A program made the translations under genes and the position numbers. The notes beneath the pieces are model-generated. The model saw only the letters and a list, made by a program, of their open reading frames with translations. It ran no database searches and was not told where the DNA came from. From a virus, in the IMG/VR virus record IMGVR_UViG_3300048930_000242, positions 89,341 to 153,340 of that record: a DNA stretch of 64,000 nucleotides, one strand, 5' to 3'. Of the stretch, positions 29,085-36,936 are shown one piece after another; position 1 is the first letter of the stretch; each line of letters begins with the position of its first letter.

Positions 29085-29357
29085 CTATATCTTTCCAAGC
29101 GCTTCCATCAGTGCGGATTCGTTCTTGTAGACTTCGGAGCCGGTTCGGCTGCTGCGCACCAGAATAAAGTTTCGATTGAAGACCTGGACAGTGCAATCAA
29201 GAGTTCGTGCTCGCCCAAAGGTCACGCATTCATACTTCCTTCCAGCAGTCGACTTTCCGGTTCCGCGGATCACACCATACGGAGCAGACAAAGTCGTGTT
29301 GCTCTTCGCCCATTCTTCAACTGCGTCGGCAATCCGGCAACTCTCGGACATCGCCAT
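29085..29357 (-). CDS. hypothetical protein
   Basis: GAGGAG RBS. Confidence 0.55.
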   Translation of the reverse strand: MAMSESCRIADAVEEWAKSNTTLSAPYGVIRGTGKSTAGRKYECVTFGRARTLDCTVQVFNRNFILVRSSRTGSEVYKNESALMEALGKI

Positions 29358-29359
29358 GA

Positions 29360-29716
29360 TCAGATCTCCTCTTTGAAGCCGATCGGAGCAACTCGCCACC
29401 AGCCGATGTTTCCACCGTTCGCGGCAATCAAGTGAATCCAATCGCCAACCATCATGCTTCGGTGTCCAAGAACGTCTCCCCAGAAGTCCTTCACCAACGG
29501 TTCAATGACATCGATCGCCTCATTGAAGTCTGGGTTGCGTTCACCGTTCTCGAAGAACTCTCCCTTGCTCCAAGAGCCTTGGATGTTCTGAGTCACTCGG
29601 TAGACATACTCAAGAGCATCTTCGATTCCGTGGTCTCCACCGAGGTCAACCACAGCCATCATAGTAGTAGTCGGCACTCCACCTTCCAGGTCGGCAAAGA
29701 AGACTTCAGCTTTCAT
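29360..29716 (-). CDS. hypothetical protein
   Basis: LEYVYRVTQNI.GSWS...RSMMVGD; promoter and AAGGAG RBS upstream. Confidence 0.7.
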   Translation of the reverse strand: MKAEVFFADLEGGVPTTTMMAVVDLGGDHGIEDALEYVYRVTQNIQGSWSKGEFFENGERNPDFNEAIDVIEPLVKDFWGDVLGHRSMMVGDWIHLIAANGGNIGWWRVAPIGFKEEI

Positions 29717-29790
29717 GATCTACTCCTTGAATGTGAGATCATTCTAACCTAACTCCGGAGCTTTGTCCAGCTCCGGAGTGTAACTCTTCG

Positions 29791-30198
29791 TTACGCCGCC
29801 TTCACAGCGGTCTTGATGCTCAGCTCCGGAGCCTTGAAGGTCTTACCGGTCTTCACGTCCTGGATGATGAACGGACGAGCGTAGCAGCGAGCATTGTAGC
29901 CGATGACCTTGTAGCCGCGGCCACCCATCATGAAGGTCTCGTTGACAGTGTCCTTGGTCAGATTGCCGAAGGAAGTGTACTGAAGCATCTTCTTCAGCGA
30001 GACCGACTCACGAGTGACCACTTCTCCGGTGGAGGCGATTGGGCAGAGATCGATACCGATCTGAGCCGTGCCGGTGAAGCTATTGTAGCGGAACTTCTTC
30101 ACCGAGAACTGGACGCCGAACTTCGTACCAACGGTCATCAGAGCGGCCTGGATGGCTTCGTCGATGGCTTTGGCTTGGGTGGCGGTCATTGCGGTCAT
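29791..30198 (-). CDS. hypothetical protein
   Basis: biased codons; promoter copy upstream. Confidence 0.7.
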   Translation of the reverse strand: MTAMTATQAKAIDEAIQAALMTVGTKFGVQFSVKKFRYNSFTGTAQIGIDLCPIASTGEVVTRESVSLKKMLQYTSFGNLTKDTVNETFMMGGRGYKVIGYNARCYARPFIIQDVKTGKTFKAPELSIKTAVKAA

Positions 30199-30234
30199 GA
30201 TGTTCTTCCTTACTGGTTGATTGACTGTAGGTGT

Positions 30235-30279
30235 ATAGTACAACATCCTAAGCGTCTTGTCCAGCACTGAATTGTAAAC
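30235..30279 (-). promoter_or_regulatory. early-type promoter copy
   Basis: exact 22-mer, then N17-TACTAT. Confidence 0.85.
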
Positions 30280-30360
30280 AATGTGCATCTTCCGGAGGGC
30301 AATCTAGGTGAAATCTGAGAGACTTCGCCGATCCAACTACTGGAACATGCTTCTAAATTC

Positions 30361-30432
30361 GCCAGAGTCATGGGATTCGAACCCAACCTGCCGCTCAACG
30401 CGGAGTGCCAACCAAATACACCTCACTCTGAC
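30361..30432 (-). ncRNA. tRNA-like RNA with 5-nt anticodon-equivalent loop, no CCA
   Basis: GTCAGAGT/ACTCTGGC stem, D-like arm, TGGG-TTCGAAT-CCCA T arm. Confidence 0.6.
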
Positions 30433-30499
30433 TCAACACCCGAGGTTCATGAGGCCTCGTGTCGGGCGATACCGTCGACTGTATGCCCAGTTGTGTTCT

Positions 30500-30575
30500 T
30501 GGCGCGCCTGGAGAGACTTGAACTCCCAACCTTCTCCTTAGGACGGAGCGGCTCTATCCGTTGAGCTACAGGCGC
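30500..30575 (-). tRNA. tRNA-Arg(CCT)
   Basis: cloverleaf, CCA. Confidence 0.9.
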
Positions 30576-30581
30576 ATATTT

Positions 30582-30656
30582 TGGAGGTCAGGGTGGGAGT
30601 CGAACCCACCTACAACGGGTTTGCAATCCGAGGCATAGCCGCTCTGCCACCTGACC
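30582..30656 (-). tRNA. tRNA-Cys(GCA)
   Basis: cloverleaf, U73, CCA. Confidence 0.9.
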
Positions 30657-30659
30657 GGA

Positions 30660-31040
30660 AATTCTTGCACCGTATCGGCGGTGCCACCCGGATAGACTTG
30701 GTCAGCCAACGTCTATCAGATCAGCCTCAAGCAGCCATAGCTACCGGAGCAAAGTACTCGTCATTTGCGGTTACTTTAGGTTTGGACTCTTTAGGACGGA
30801 CTTGCCGACTTAAGCAAGCTACCCGATCCACGCGAGCTACCATCTCGGATCGCCAACAGGTTAGTATGACATCAGTCGAAGCCAGGGCAGGCCCATCAAA
30901 AGCTCTTTAGGTGGCTCCGGGTCTTGATACGGAGCACTTACATCCCCTTTCGTACCTAAAGGGCTTATGGTGGACCTGGCGGGAATCGAACCCGCGTGTT
31001 GCTGCCTTTTCGCTGTCAGTTTACGATCATTCAAGCCCTA
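30660..31040 (-). ncRNA. ssrA: circularly permuted (two-piece) tmRNA
   Basis: acceptor piece ...GCGGGTTCGATTCCCGC-CAGGTCC-A-CCA (ends 30968) precedes coding piece GGGCCTGCCCTGGCTTCGAC (starts 30894); G3:U70; tag ORF 30768-30727 ANDEYFAPVAMAA*. Confidence 0.92.
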
Positions 31041-31066
31041 ATCGCGCGAACGACTTCGGGAATCCG

Positions 31067-31360
31067 TTACGTGTTCAACAAGTGGAGCATCGGAAGGTTA
31101 TTGATTCGGCGCTTATCATCGTAGCACGGCTCGAACACAAAGGCAACAACCTCTCCATGTTCTACGATGTCGCGGTCTTCGGCATGAAAGTACCGAACCT
31201 TGTGGTGCTTGCCTTGGATCTCAAGGCCGGTGTCGTAGGCGTCGTCATAAAGTCGACCGATGTTCCGCTCCGCCATCGACATCTCACCGATCAACAGATT
31301 GGAAGCCTTGTAGAAGGTGAACATCGAAATCGGCATGGTCTTCATAGCGAGCTTTGCCAT
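31067..31360 (-). CDS. hypothetical protein
   Basis: promoter copy and GGAG RBS. Confidence 0.65.
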   Translation of the reverse strand: MAKLAMKTMPISMFTFYKASNLLIGEMSMAERNIGRLYDDAYDTGLEIQGKHHKVRYFHAEDRDIVEHGEVVAFVFEPCYDDKRRINNLPMLHLLNT

Positions 31361-31385
31361 TTCTGTATCTCCAGTTGGTAGAACC

Positions 31386-31430
31386 ATTCTACCAACTTCC
31401 GACCCTCATGTCCAGCACTGAATTGTAAAC
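31386..31430 (-). promoter_or_regulatory. early-type promoter copy (upstream of ORF and tmRNA)
   Basis: exact 22-mer, then N17-TAGAAT. Confidence 0.88.
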
Positions 31431-31438
31431 TTTAGTCC

Positions 31439-31837
31439 TCAGCTCCAGGTCTTACCACCGTCGCGACTGATCACACGCGGCCCAGTGGTTCCGTTACGAC
31501 CACCGGAGGTCATGTTGTAGTCACAATGAAACCGAACCGAGAAGCCATCTTCTTTCAAGTAGTAGTCGACTTCGGCCTCGACAATCATCTTAGAGAAAAA
31601 GGCCGATAGAAACTTTGGAAGAAGTGCGGTCACATCGCCTTCGTAGTATTCAGATTGAACGTTGGCGCTTTGCTTTTGCTTAACTCGCTTCAGTGAGACG
31701 GCGCCAAACAGACCAACAAGTCCAGCCGCTTTCATTGCCGAAAGAATCTGCGATTCGTCAAGCAATGCTCCGGGAATTGCCTCTTTCTTCAGAGTCTTGC
31801 CGGATTCAACATTCTCAAAAATCTTTTCAATGGACAT
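31439..31837 (-). CDS. hypothetical protein
   Basis: ATAGATA motif upstream. Confidence 0.6.
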   Translation of the reverse strand: MSIEKIFENVESGKTLKKEAIPGALLDESQILSAMKAAGLVGLFGAVSLKRVKQKQSANVQSEYYEGDVTALLPKFLSAFFSKMIVEAEVDYYLKEDGFSVRFHCDYNMTSGGRNGTTGPRVISRDGGKTWS

Positions 31838-31971
31838 CTTATCTCTCTCTCTCTGTTAGTGAATTGCGAAGTCCATTATCTATTAGGCTGGTATGAGTTC
31901 CGAAGTCATACCGTATGAGCTTTGCTTCAGGCGCAAGCTCTTAAGCCACTCCGATCTTCGGAATCAGAAAT

Positions 31972-32045
31972 TGGTACCTCTGACAAGAATCGAACTTGTG
32001 TAGCTGGCATGTCATACCAGAGCTCTACCATTGAGCTACAGAGGC
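31972..32045 (-). tRNA. tRNA-Val(GAC)
   Basis: cloverleaf, CCA. Confidence 0.88.
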
Positions 32046-32051
32046 ATTGAA

Positions 32052-32645
32052 TCAAATCGCGACGACGATCTTCTTTCCAGGAGTGCCGAACATCGCCTTG
32101 GTGTGAAGCTCTCCTCCGATGTCTCTTCGATAGAAGTACTCGGAGAAGTAAGGATGCTGGACCAACTCTGGGTCGTCCGGTTCTACATCATGAAGAGTAT
32201 CAGGCGCCAACAGAGCGGCCGCTTGGTCTCGAGGAATAGCGTACTTCTTCATGAAGTCCAGGCCAACCTCTTTGATCATGAACCGGAGCATCGGTCCAGA
32301 AGTCTCGTTGAAAGCTCTTCCGAAGTCCTCTCTGATCTGCATCGCCAGAGCGGCTTTTCCTTCGGCGGTTCCATCGGTGAAGACGGCAACTCGCTTTCGA
32401 CCACCCTTGTCCTTGTAGAAAGCGCCTGAGACGATCGACTCTCCTCGGCGGATCAACTTCCACATTGGAAGGTTCCGAACCATGTCATCAGGAGAGCGGA
32501 ATCCAGAACCATGGATTCCGCCGATCTTCGCATAGGCCTTCTTCAGCTTCTCAAAGACCTCCTCAGCGTACTTCTCTCGGATCGCTCGATCGTCGGTAAA
32601 AAGGTTCAGAACCCTCTCGGCGAGGAACTGTTCAAAGAGTAGCAT
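32052..32645 (-). CDS. conserved hypothetical protein (possible head-packaged protein)
   Basis: MLLFEQFLAE N-terminus resembling T4-type capsid-targeting leaders; AYAKIGG motif. Confidence 0.7.
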   Translation of the reverse strand: MLLFEQFLAERVLNLFTDDRAIREKYAEEVFEKLKKAYAKIGGIHGSGFRSPDDMVRNLPMWKLIRRGESIVSGAFYKDKGGRKRVAVFTDGTAEGKAALAMQIREDFGRAFNETSGPMLRFMIKEVGLDFMKKYAIPRDQAAALLAPDTLHDVEPDDPELVQHPYFSEYFYRRDIGGELHTKAMFGTPGKKIVVAI

Positions 32646-32684
32646 GGTTGGTTTCCGTGTTGGTCAGAGTCCAACTATCTATTC

Positions 32685-33257
32685 TCAGTCACTCCGCTCC
32701 GCAAAGGAGTTCCGAAGCTCATTGACGAACTTCGGAAGCAGATGGACTCGCTGGAACCGGTGATGGCCTTTGTCATAGACCTCGACATCCATGTACTTCG
32801 TCAAGAGTTCGATGTTCGGCCGCTGGTCGATGATCTCGTCACCGAGTTCGATCAGAGCGACGCCGTGGACTCCAGAAGCGAACTTGAATGCTCCTTGGTA
32901 CATCGCTTCGTAGCGAGCCTTCAGGTGGAGAGGAGCATCAGGTCCGAAGTACCGATCAGGACGAAACGAAGGATTGATCAGAAGACACTTGCCGGAACTA
33001 GCGCCGGCCGCCGCCAGAGCCCAGAGAGCACCGAAAGAGTGTCCAACGAAGATGTCGTCCGGCCGAGTGCAGTCAAGGACAATGTCGACCATCTGGTCCG
33101 GCTGGCTGAAGTCCATGTTGATGCATGCCTTCGGAGCCTGAAGCGCCTTGTACTTCGAAGACTCATGAGATGAGTCAAGACCATGGAAGAAGAAATTCAC
33201 CGACTCAGGTCGGCTTTGGTTCGTTCCATAGTCAGTCACAAGAAGTCGGCTCATCAT
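32685..33257 (-). CDS. alpha/beta hydrolase (YqiA/YcfP-like esterase)
   Basis: HGLDSS, GHSFG nucleophile elbow, LINP, DE, GHHRF. Confidence 0.82.
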   Translation of the reverse strand: MMSRLLVTDYGTNQSRPESVNFFFHGLDSSHESSKYKALQAPKACINMDFSQPDQMVDIVLDCTRPDDIFVGHSFGALWALAAAGASSGKCLLINPSFRPDRYFGPDAPLHLKARYEAMYQGAFKFASGVHGVALIELGDEIIDQRPNIELLTKYMDVEVYDKGHHRFQRVHLLPKFVNELRNSFAERSD

Positions 33258-33270
33258 GATCTCCTAAAAG

Positions 33271-33360
33271 TGGCGGATGGCACAGGTATCGATCCCGATG
33301 GCTCTGTGGCCACGTATGGGTTAGCAACCCACCCTGACAACCCCGGTCAGTTTACCATCC
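33271..33360 (-). tRNA. tRNA-Ser(GCT)
   Basis: long V-arm, CCA, T-loop ATCGATA. Confidence 0.85.
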
Positions 33361-33363
33361 ATG

Positions 33364-33585
33364 TTAGTCGTAGTAGCCTTCTTCGAGAGCCCATCCGTAG
33401 AGAATCAGCTCGAGATCTTCAAGCGGCGCTTGATAGAACTCATTGGCGATCTCAAGATACGGATGGCCACCGGTCGGAGAAGTGAAGATCGCCAGATTAC
33501 CTGCGTAGAGGTAGCACTCGCGATCCGAAAAGTCGTCATTGTTAGTCGGCGACCGTGTGGCTTGGAACTCTGCGAAGGTCATCAT
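33364..33585 (-). CDS. hypothetical protein
   Basis: promoter plus AGGAG RBS. Confidence 0.65.
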   Translation of the reverse strand: MMTFAEFQATRSPTNNDDFSDRECYLYAGNLAIFTSPTGGHPYLEIANEFYQAPLEDLELILYGWALEEGYYD

Positions 33586-33611
33586 TGCTGCTTCTCCTAG
33601 ACTATGATAGA

Positions 33612-33656
33612 ATTCTACCACAACGGAGATGAGATGTACAGCACTGAATTGTAAAC
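33612..33656 (-). promoter_or_regulatory. early-type promoter copy
   Basis: TGTACA variant, N17-TAGAAT. Confidence 0.85.
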
Positions 33657-33757
33657 AATGTTGCTTCCGAAGGTTGGGACTGGATTACCCAACTTGCAAG
33701 AGTCCTTGGTAGAACTCGTTGCCACTCATTACTTACTTGCCGTAAGCCTTCGGAAAA

Positions 33758-33845
33758 TGGCGGAAAGCCGAGGTCTCGATCCCCAGTCCTCTCGGACCGA
33801 TTCGCTTTCAAGGCGGTCCCGGCGCGCCTGTCCGGTTGACTTTCC
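33758..33845 (-). tRNA. tRNA-Ser(TGA)
   Basis: long V-arm, CCA, T-loop ATCGAGA. Confidence 0.85.
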
Positions 33846-33849
33846 ATAT

Positions 33850-33937
33850 TGGTACTCTCGATGGGACTCGAACCCACAACCCAGTTTCCCAGGTACGGCA
33901 CCTCAAGCCGTTGCGTATGCCATTCCGCCACGAGAGC
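33850..33937 (-). tRNA. tRNA-Leu(GAG)
   Basis: class II cloverleaf, CCA. Confidence 0.9.
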
Positions 33938-33947
33938 ATTGAAACTT

Positions 33948-34022
33948 TGGTGCCCCAACAGAGAATCGAACTCCGATCTAACCCTTACCAAGGGCTTGTA
34001 CTAACCGTTGTACTATAGGGGC
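33948..34022 (-). tRNA. tRNA-Thr(GGT)
   Basis: cloverleaf, CCA. Confidence 0.88.
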
Positions 34023-34028
34023 GAAACT

Positions 34029-34105
34029 TGGAGCCGTCGGCGAGGACTTAAACCCGCACTATCCTTCTTACGAGGAAGGTTGCACTATCATTATGCTACG
34101 ACGGC
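34029..34105 (-). tRNA. tRNA-Thr(CGT)
   Basis: cloverleaf, CCA. Confidence 0.85.
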
Positions 34106-34207
34106 ATTGTAAATTACACGCACCGTCCAAAAGGCCCATTTCTTTTGAACTAGCTCTTCTTTCTTCATAGAGCTGGATGCTATTAGGCTAAATGCGTGCA
34201 ACTTGAT

Positions 34208-34283
34208 TGGCGCGGCTACCAGGACTCGAACCTGGACCCCATGGCTTCGTAGGCCAGGACATTCTCCATTGTGCTATAGCCGC
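34208..34283 (-). tRNA. tRNA-Arg(ACG)
   Basis: cloverleaf, CCA. Confidence 0.9.
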
Positions 34284-34378
34284 ATTGAACTAAAGAGTCG
34301 CCCTGGTTCTGAGCCAGCGTATAGAAGCTTGATTCTACAAGACATTCTATGGGTTCCGCACCAGCAACTCATTGAAAT

Positions 34379-34455
34379 TGGCGACCCCGGAGAGACTCGA
34401 ACTCCCAACATCCTGGTTCGAAGCCAGGTGCAACTATCCATTGTGCTACGGGGTC
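34379..34455 (-). tRNA. tRNA-Arg(TCG)
   Basis: cloverleaf, CCA. Confidence 0.9.
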
Positions 34456-34462
34456 ATGTGAT

Positions 34463-34536
34463 TGGTAGCGGGCCCTGAGTTGAACTAGGCTCTTCAGCGT
34501 ATGAAACTGACGAGGTCGCCGGACCTCCTACCCGCT
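34463..34536 (-). tRNA. tRNA-Met/Ile2(CAT), atypical D arm
   Basis: TTCATAC loop, CCA. Confidence 0.75.
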
Positions 34537-34549
34537 ATTGAATGTTTAG

Positions 34550-34625
34550 TGGTGTGACCGATGGGAATCGAACCCATATCGGAGCATTCACAGTGCTCCA
34601 CTCTGGCCATTGAGCTACGGCCACA
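34550..34625 (-). tRNA. tRNA-His(GTG)
   Basis: cloverleaf, CCA; U-1 and A73. Confidence 0.88.
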
Positions 34626-34639
34626 CCACTAAACACTTC

Positions 34640-35263
34640 TTAAATTTCAAATTCTTTGCATTCTCTAAGAGTTTCAATTATCTTGAGATTCGGAACAGTC
34701 TCGCGAATTACTTTCAACTTTTCCGCTTGAACTCTTACCGCATGCTGATTTTTAGGATCAAGATACAAATTGAACTTCGGAAGGTAGAAATCAGGAAAAT
34801 AATTATGAATCACGCCATCATTATCTTTCCATTCAACTGGACCAGGACGAATCCATTCTATTTCAAGAAAATCGAGTCTCTTAGCTAGTTCCAATTCCCA
34901 ACTAGAATCAAGAGTAACTCCGTTGTAGTCAATTGGATTCTTGCGCAATCTTCTGTGTTTTGATTTTAGCGCAGCTTCACTTATTTTCTTTTTCGATTCT
35001 TGCGTGTGCTTCTTTCCTGGCTTCCCTTTTAGGGCTGCGTTTTTGTCTTTGTACTTACCAAGTTTTGCGTTGGCTGATACTGTTCTCTTTCTCTTTTCTT
35101 CGGCTTCTTTCGAATGGACATTTTCCCAAATTCGACTTTTCAAATTTTCTACGTATTGGCTAATTTTAGGATTTGATTCACACCATCTAGAATGATTAGC
35201 CATCCATCCTTTTGGCTTATCAACAGTTTCGAAAATTTGGCCACAATGCTTACAGGTTGGCAT
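34640..35263 (-). mobile_element. putative homing endonuclease (Zn finger + NUMOD3 + PD-(D/E)XK-like domain)
   Basis: CKHC..H..WC, HTQESKKKIS, DSSWE...YFPDFYL...DPK; AT-rich insert in the tRNA array. Confidence 0.75.
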
Positions 35264-35283
35264 AACTCTCTTCTAATAGAAAT

Positions 35284-35363
35284 TGGCGCGCCTGGCAGGA
35301 TTCGAACCCGCGTGTATCCAGCTAACCTTTCAAGGAGTTAGAAGCTCCAGGGTATACAGGCGC
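35284..35363 (-). tRNA. atypical tRNA-Arg(TCT)-like RNA lacking a normal D arm
   Basis: GCGCCTG/CAGGCGC-G-CCA, T arm, GGAG-CTTCTAA-CTCC. Confidence 0.6.
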
Positions 35364-35574
35364 GTATTATCTATACGGAAGACAGTTACTTTATCCACTT
35401 AGGCGCGTGCCTAATCCATTCGAGCCACGAGGCGATTTGTATCAGAACCGACCAGACCAGAAGATCGAAACAATAAGAGCCGTAATCAAGACATCGCGAA
35501 TCATCTTCGCGTAGTGCAATCGAGCTTCAAGCTGCTTGTTCGTCATCATGTCTTCATCTCCATTTGTTAGAAGT

Positions 35575-35619
35575 ATTCTAACACCTTTCGATGCGCTTGT
35601 CCAGCACTGAATTGTAAAC
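35575..35619 (-). promoter_or_regulatory. early-type promoter copy
   Basis: exact 22-mer, then N17-TAGAAT. Confidence 0.88.
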
Positions 35620-35621
35620 TT

Positions 35622-35715
35622 TGGTACTCCTATCAGGACTCGAACCTGAACTGACCGCTAATCTGGCGGAAATCGGGTTTATAAGGCCCGCCGTGCTACC
35701 TTACACTATAGGAGC
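35622..35715 (-). tRNA. tRNA-Ile(TAT) with long variable arm
   Basis: CTTATAA loop; V-arm CCGC-CAGATTA-GCGG; CCA. Confidence 0.8.
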
Positions 35716-35719
35716 AAAG

Positions 35720-35797
35720 TGGTACCACGAGTGGGAATCGAACCCGACCTGATCTGTCTTGTAAGGACAGTGTTCTCACCAGAAAAGCGATCGTGGC
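35720..35797 (-). tRNA. tRNA-Val(TAC)
   Basis: cloverleaf, CCA. Confidence 0.85.
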
Positions 35798-35805
35798 ATT
35801 GAATT

Positions 35806-35876
35806 TGGCGGAAGCTATCGATGCGGGCTGCGCAACCCGATCCTCCCTTGCAAGAAAGATCTACACCGTAACCTCC
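35806..35876 (-). ncRNA. CCA-terminated non-cloverleaf RNA
   Basis: 8-bp GGAGGTTA/TAGCTTCC stem + G-CCA, two internal tetraloop hairpins. Confidence 0.6.
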
Positions 35877-36024
35877 ATTGAACTTGTTGCTTAGTAGTTC
35901 ATGCCTGATGGTGCAGACGCCATCACATTGTGATCTAGCCCCTGAACCAAACCTTTCGGCTACTCGCTTGACGCTTTGCCCATCGATATGATGAGGTTCT
36001 ACGTACATGAGCTACTAAGCATTC

Positions 36025-36101
36025 TGGTACCCTTAGTCGGATTCGAACCGACATCCACCGGATTTTAAGTCCAGCCGCGCTGCCAGTTAGCGTACAAGGG
36101 C
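36025..36101 (-). tRNA. tRNA-Leu(TAA), short variable loop
   Basis: CTTAAAA loop, CCA. Confidence 0.85.
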
Positions 36102-36106
36102 AAATC

Positions 36107-36310
36107 TTATTTCTTGATGATCATCTGGGCCAAGTCCTCAAGGCTATTGGCCGAGAACTTAGCTACTCCTTGGTCTCCATCCATCAACACGTCAATGGTA
36201 AACCCGTGCTGCCCTTTCTTGACACCGATGATAGTCGCTCTAGTGTTGCCTCGACGATCCCGAGTGTTCTTGAACCTAATGATCTTTCCGATCAGGTCGC
36301 TCTCGTCCAT
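36107..36310 (-). CDS. small hypothetical protein
   Basis: ORF between tRNAs. Confidence 0.5.
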   Translation of the reverse strand: MDESDLIGKIIRFKNTRDRRGNTRATIIGVKKGQHGFTIDVLMDGDQGVAKFSANSLEDLAQMIIKK

Positions 36311-36386
36311 TATCATCTCTGTTAGTTAGATGGCTATCTAAGAACCCTCTCGTGCCCTCTAAGGCAGAGGAGAAGGCCATGTTGAT

Positions 36387-36463
36387 TGGTACCCCAGAGG
36401 AGATTCGAACTCCCAACCACGAACTTTTGAGGATCGCCGCACTGCCAGTTAGCGTACCGGGGC
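36387..36463 (-). tRNA. tRNA-Leu(CAA), short variable loop
   Basis: CTCAAAA loop, CCA. Confidence 0.85.
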
Positions 36464-36471
36464 ATTGAATT

Positions 36472-36546
36472 TGGAGCGGGTAGTGGGAATCGAACCCACC
36501 TAATCTTCCTTGGCAAGGAAGCAATCAACCACTGACTCATACCCGC
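36472..36546 (-). tRNA. tRNA-Gly(GCC)
   Basis: cloverleaf, CCA. Confidence 0.9.
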
Positions 36547-36555
36547 ATAACTCAC

Positions 36556-36646
36556 TGGTGGGACGAGTGGGATTTGAACCCACGATGAGGATTTCTCCTG
36601 TCGGATTAAAAGTCCGATGTCTTCGACCAGACTTGACGACCGTCCC
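36556..36646 (-). tRNA. tRNA-Lys(TTT) with long variable arm
   Basis: CTTTTAA loop; V-arm AGGA-GAAA-TCCT; CCA. Confidence 0.85.
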
Positions 36647-36725
36647 GTATCTGTCACTATAGGAATTCATCTCCTATAGAGGCCTCTTCTCAAGAGGACT
36701 TCAGCCCGATTGACCGGGAACAAAA

Positions 36726-36800
36726 TGGTAGCGAGAGAGGGATTTGAACCCACACCGCCGGCTTATGAGGCCAGCAATCTGCCAGTTAATATATCTCGCG
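36726..36800 (-). tRNA. tRNA-Met(CAT), C1:U72 mismatch (initiator-like)
   Basis: CTCATAA loop, CCA. Confidence 0.8.
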
Positions 36801-36936
36801 TCAAACTTTATCGTACCTGCCACCCCGCAGACCTCAGCCGTAGGCTCTTCCTTAAGAAGCGTACCTATTTGCCCGGTAGGGACTTCGTACTTCGATTAGG
36901 ATTTCTCCGTTGAGCGGTACGAAGACACGATAAACT

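Noticed and set aside
35806-35876. tRNA-Sec
   Set aside because: The 8-bp acceptor and G73 resemble it, but there is no UCA anticodon arm, D arm or T loop.
35930-35990. c-di-GMP-I riboswitch suggested by GGGCAAA...GAAA
   Set aside because: The second GCAAA stem and the tetraloop-receptor arrangement are not present, and no CDS lies directly downstream.
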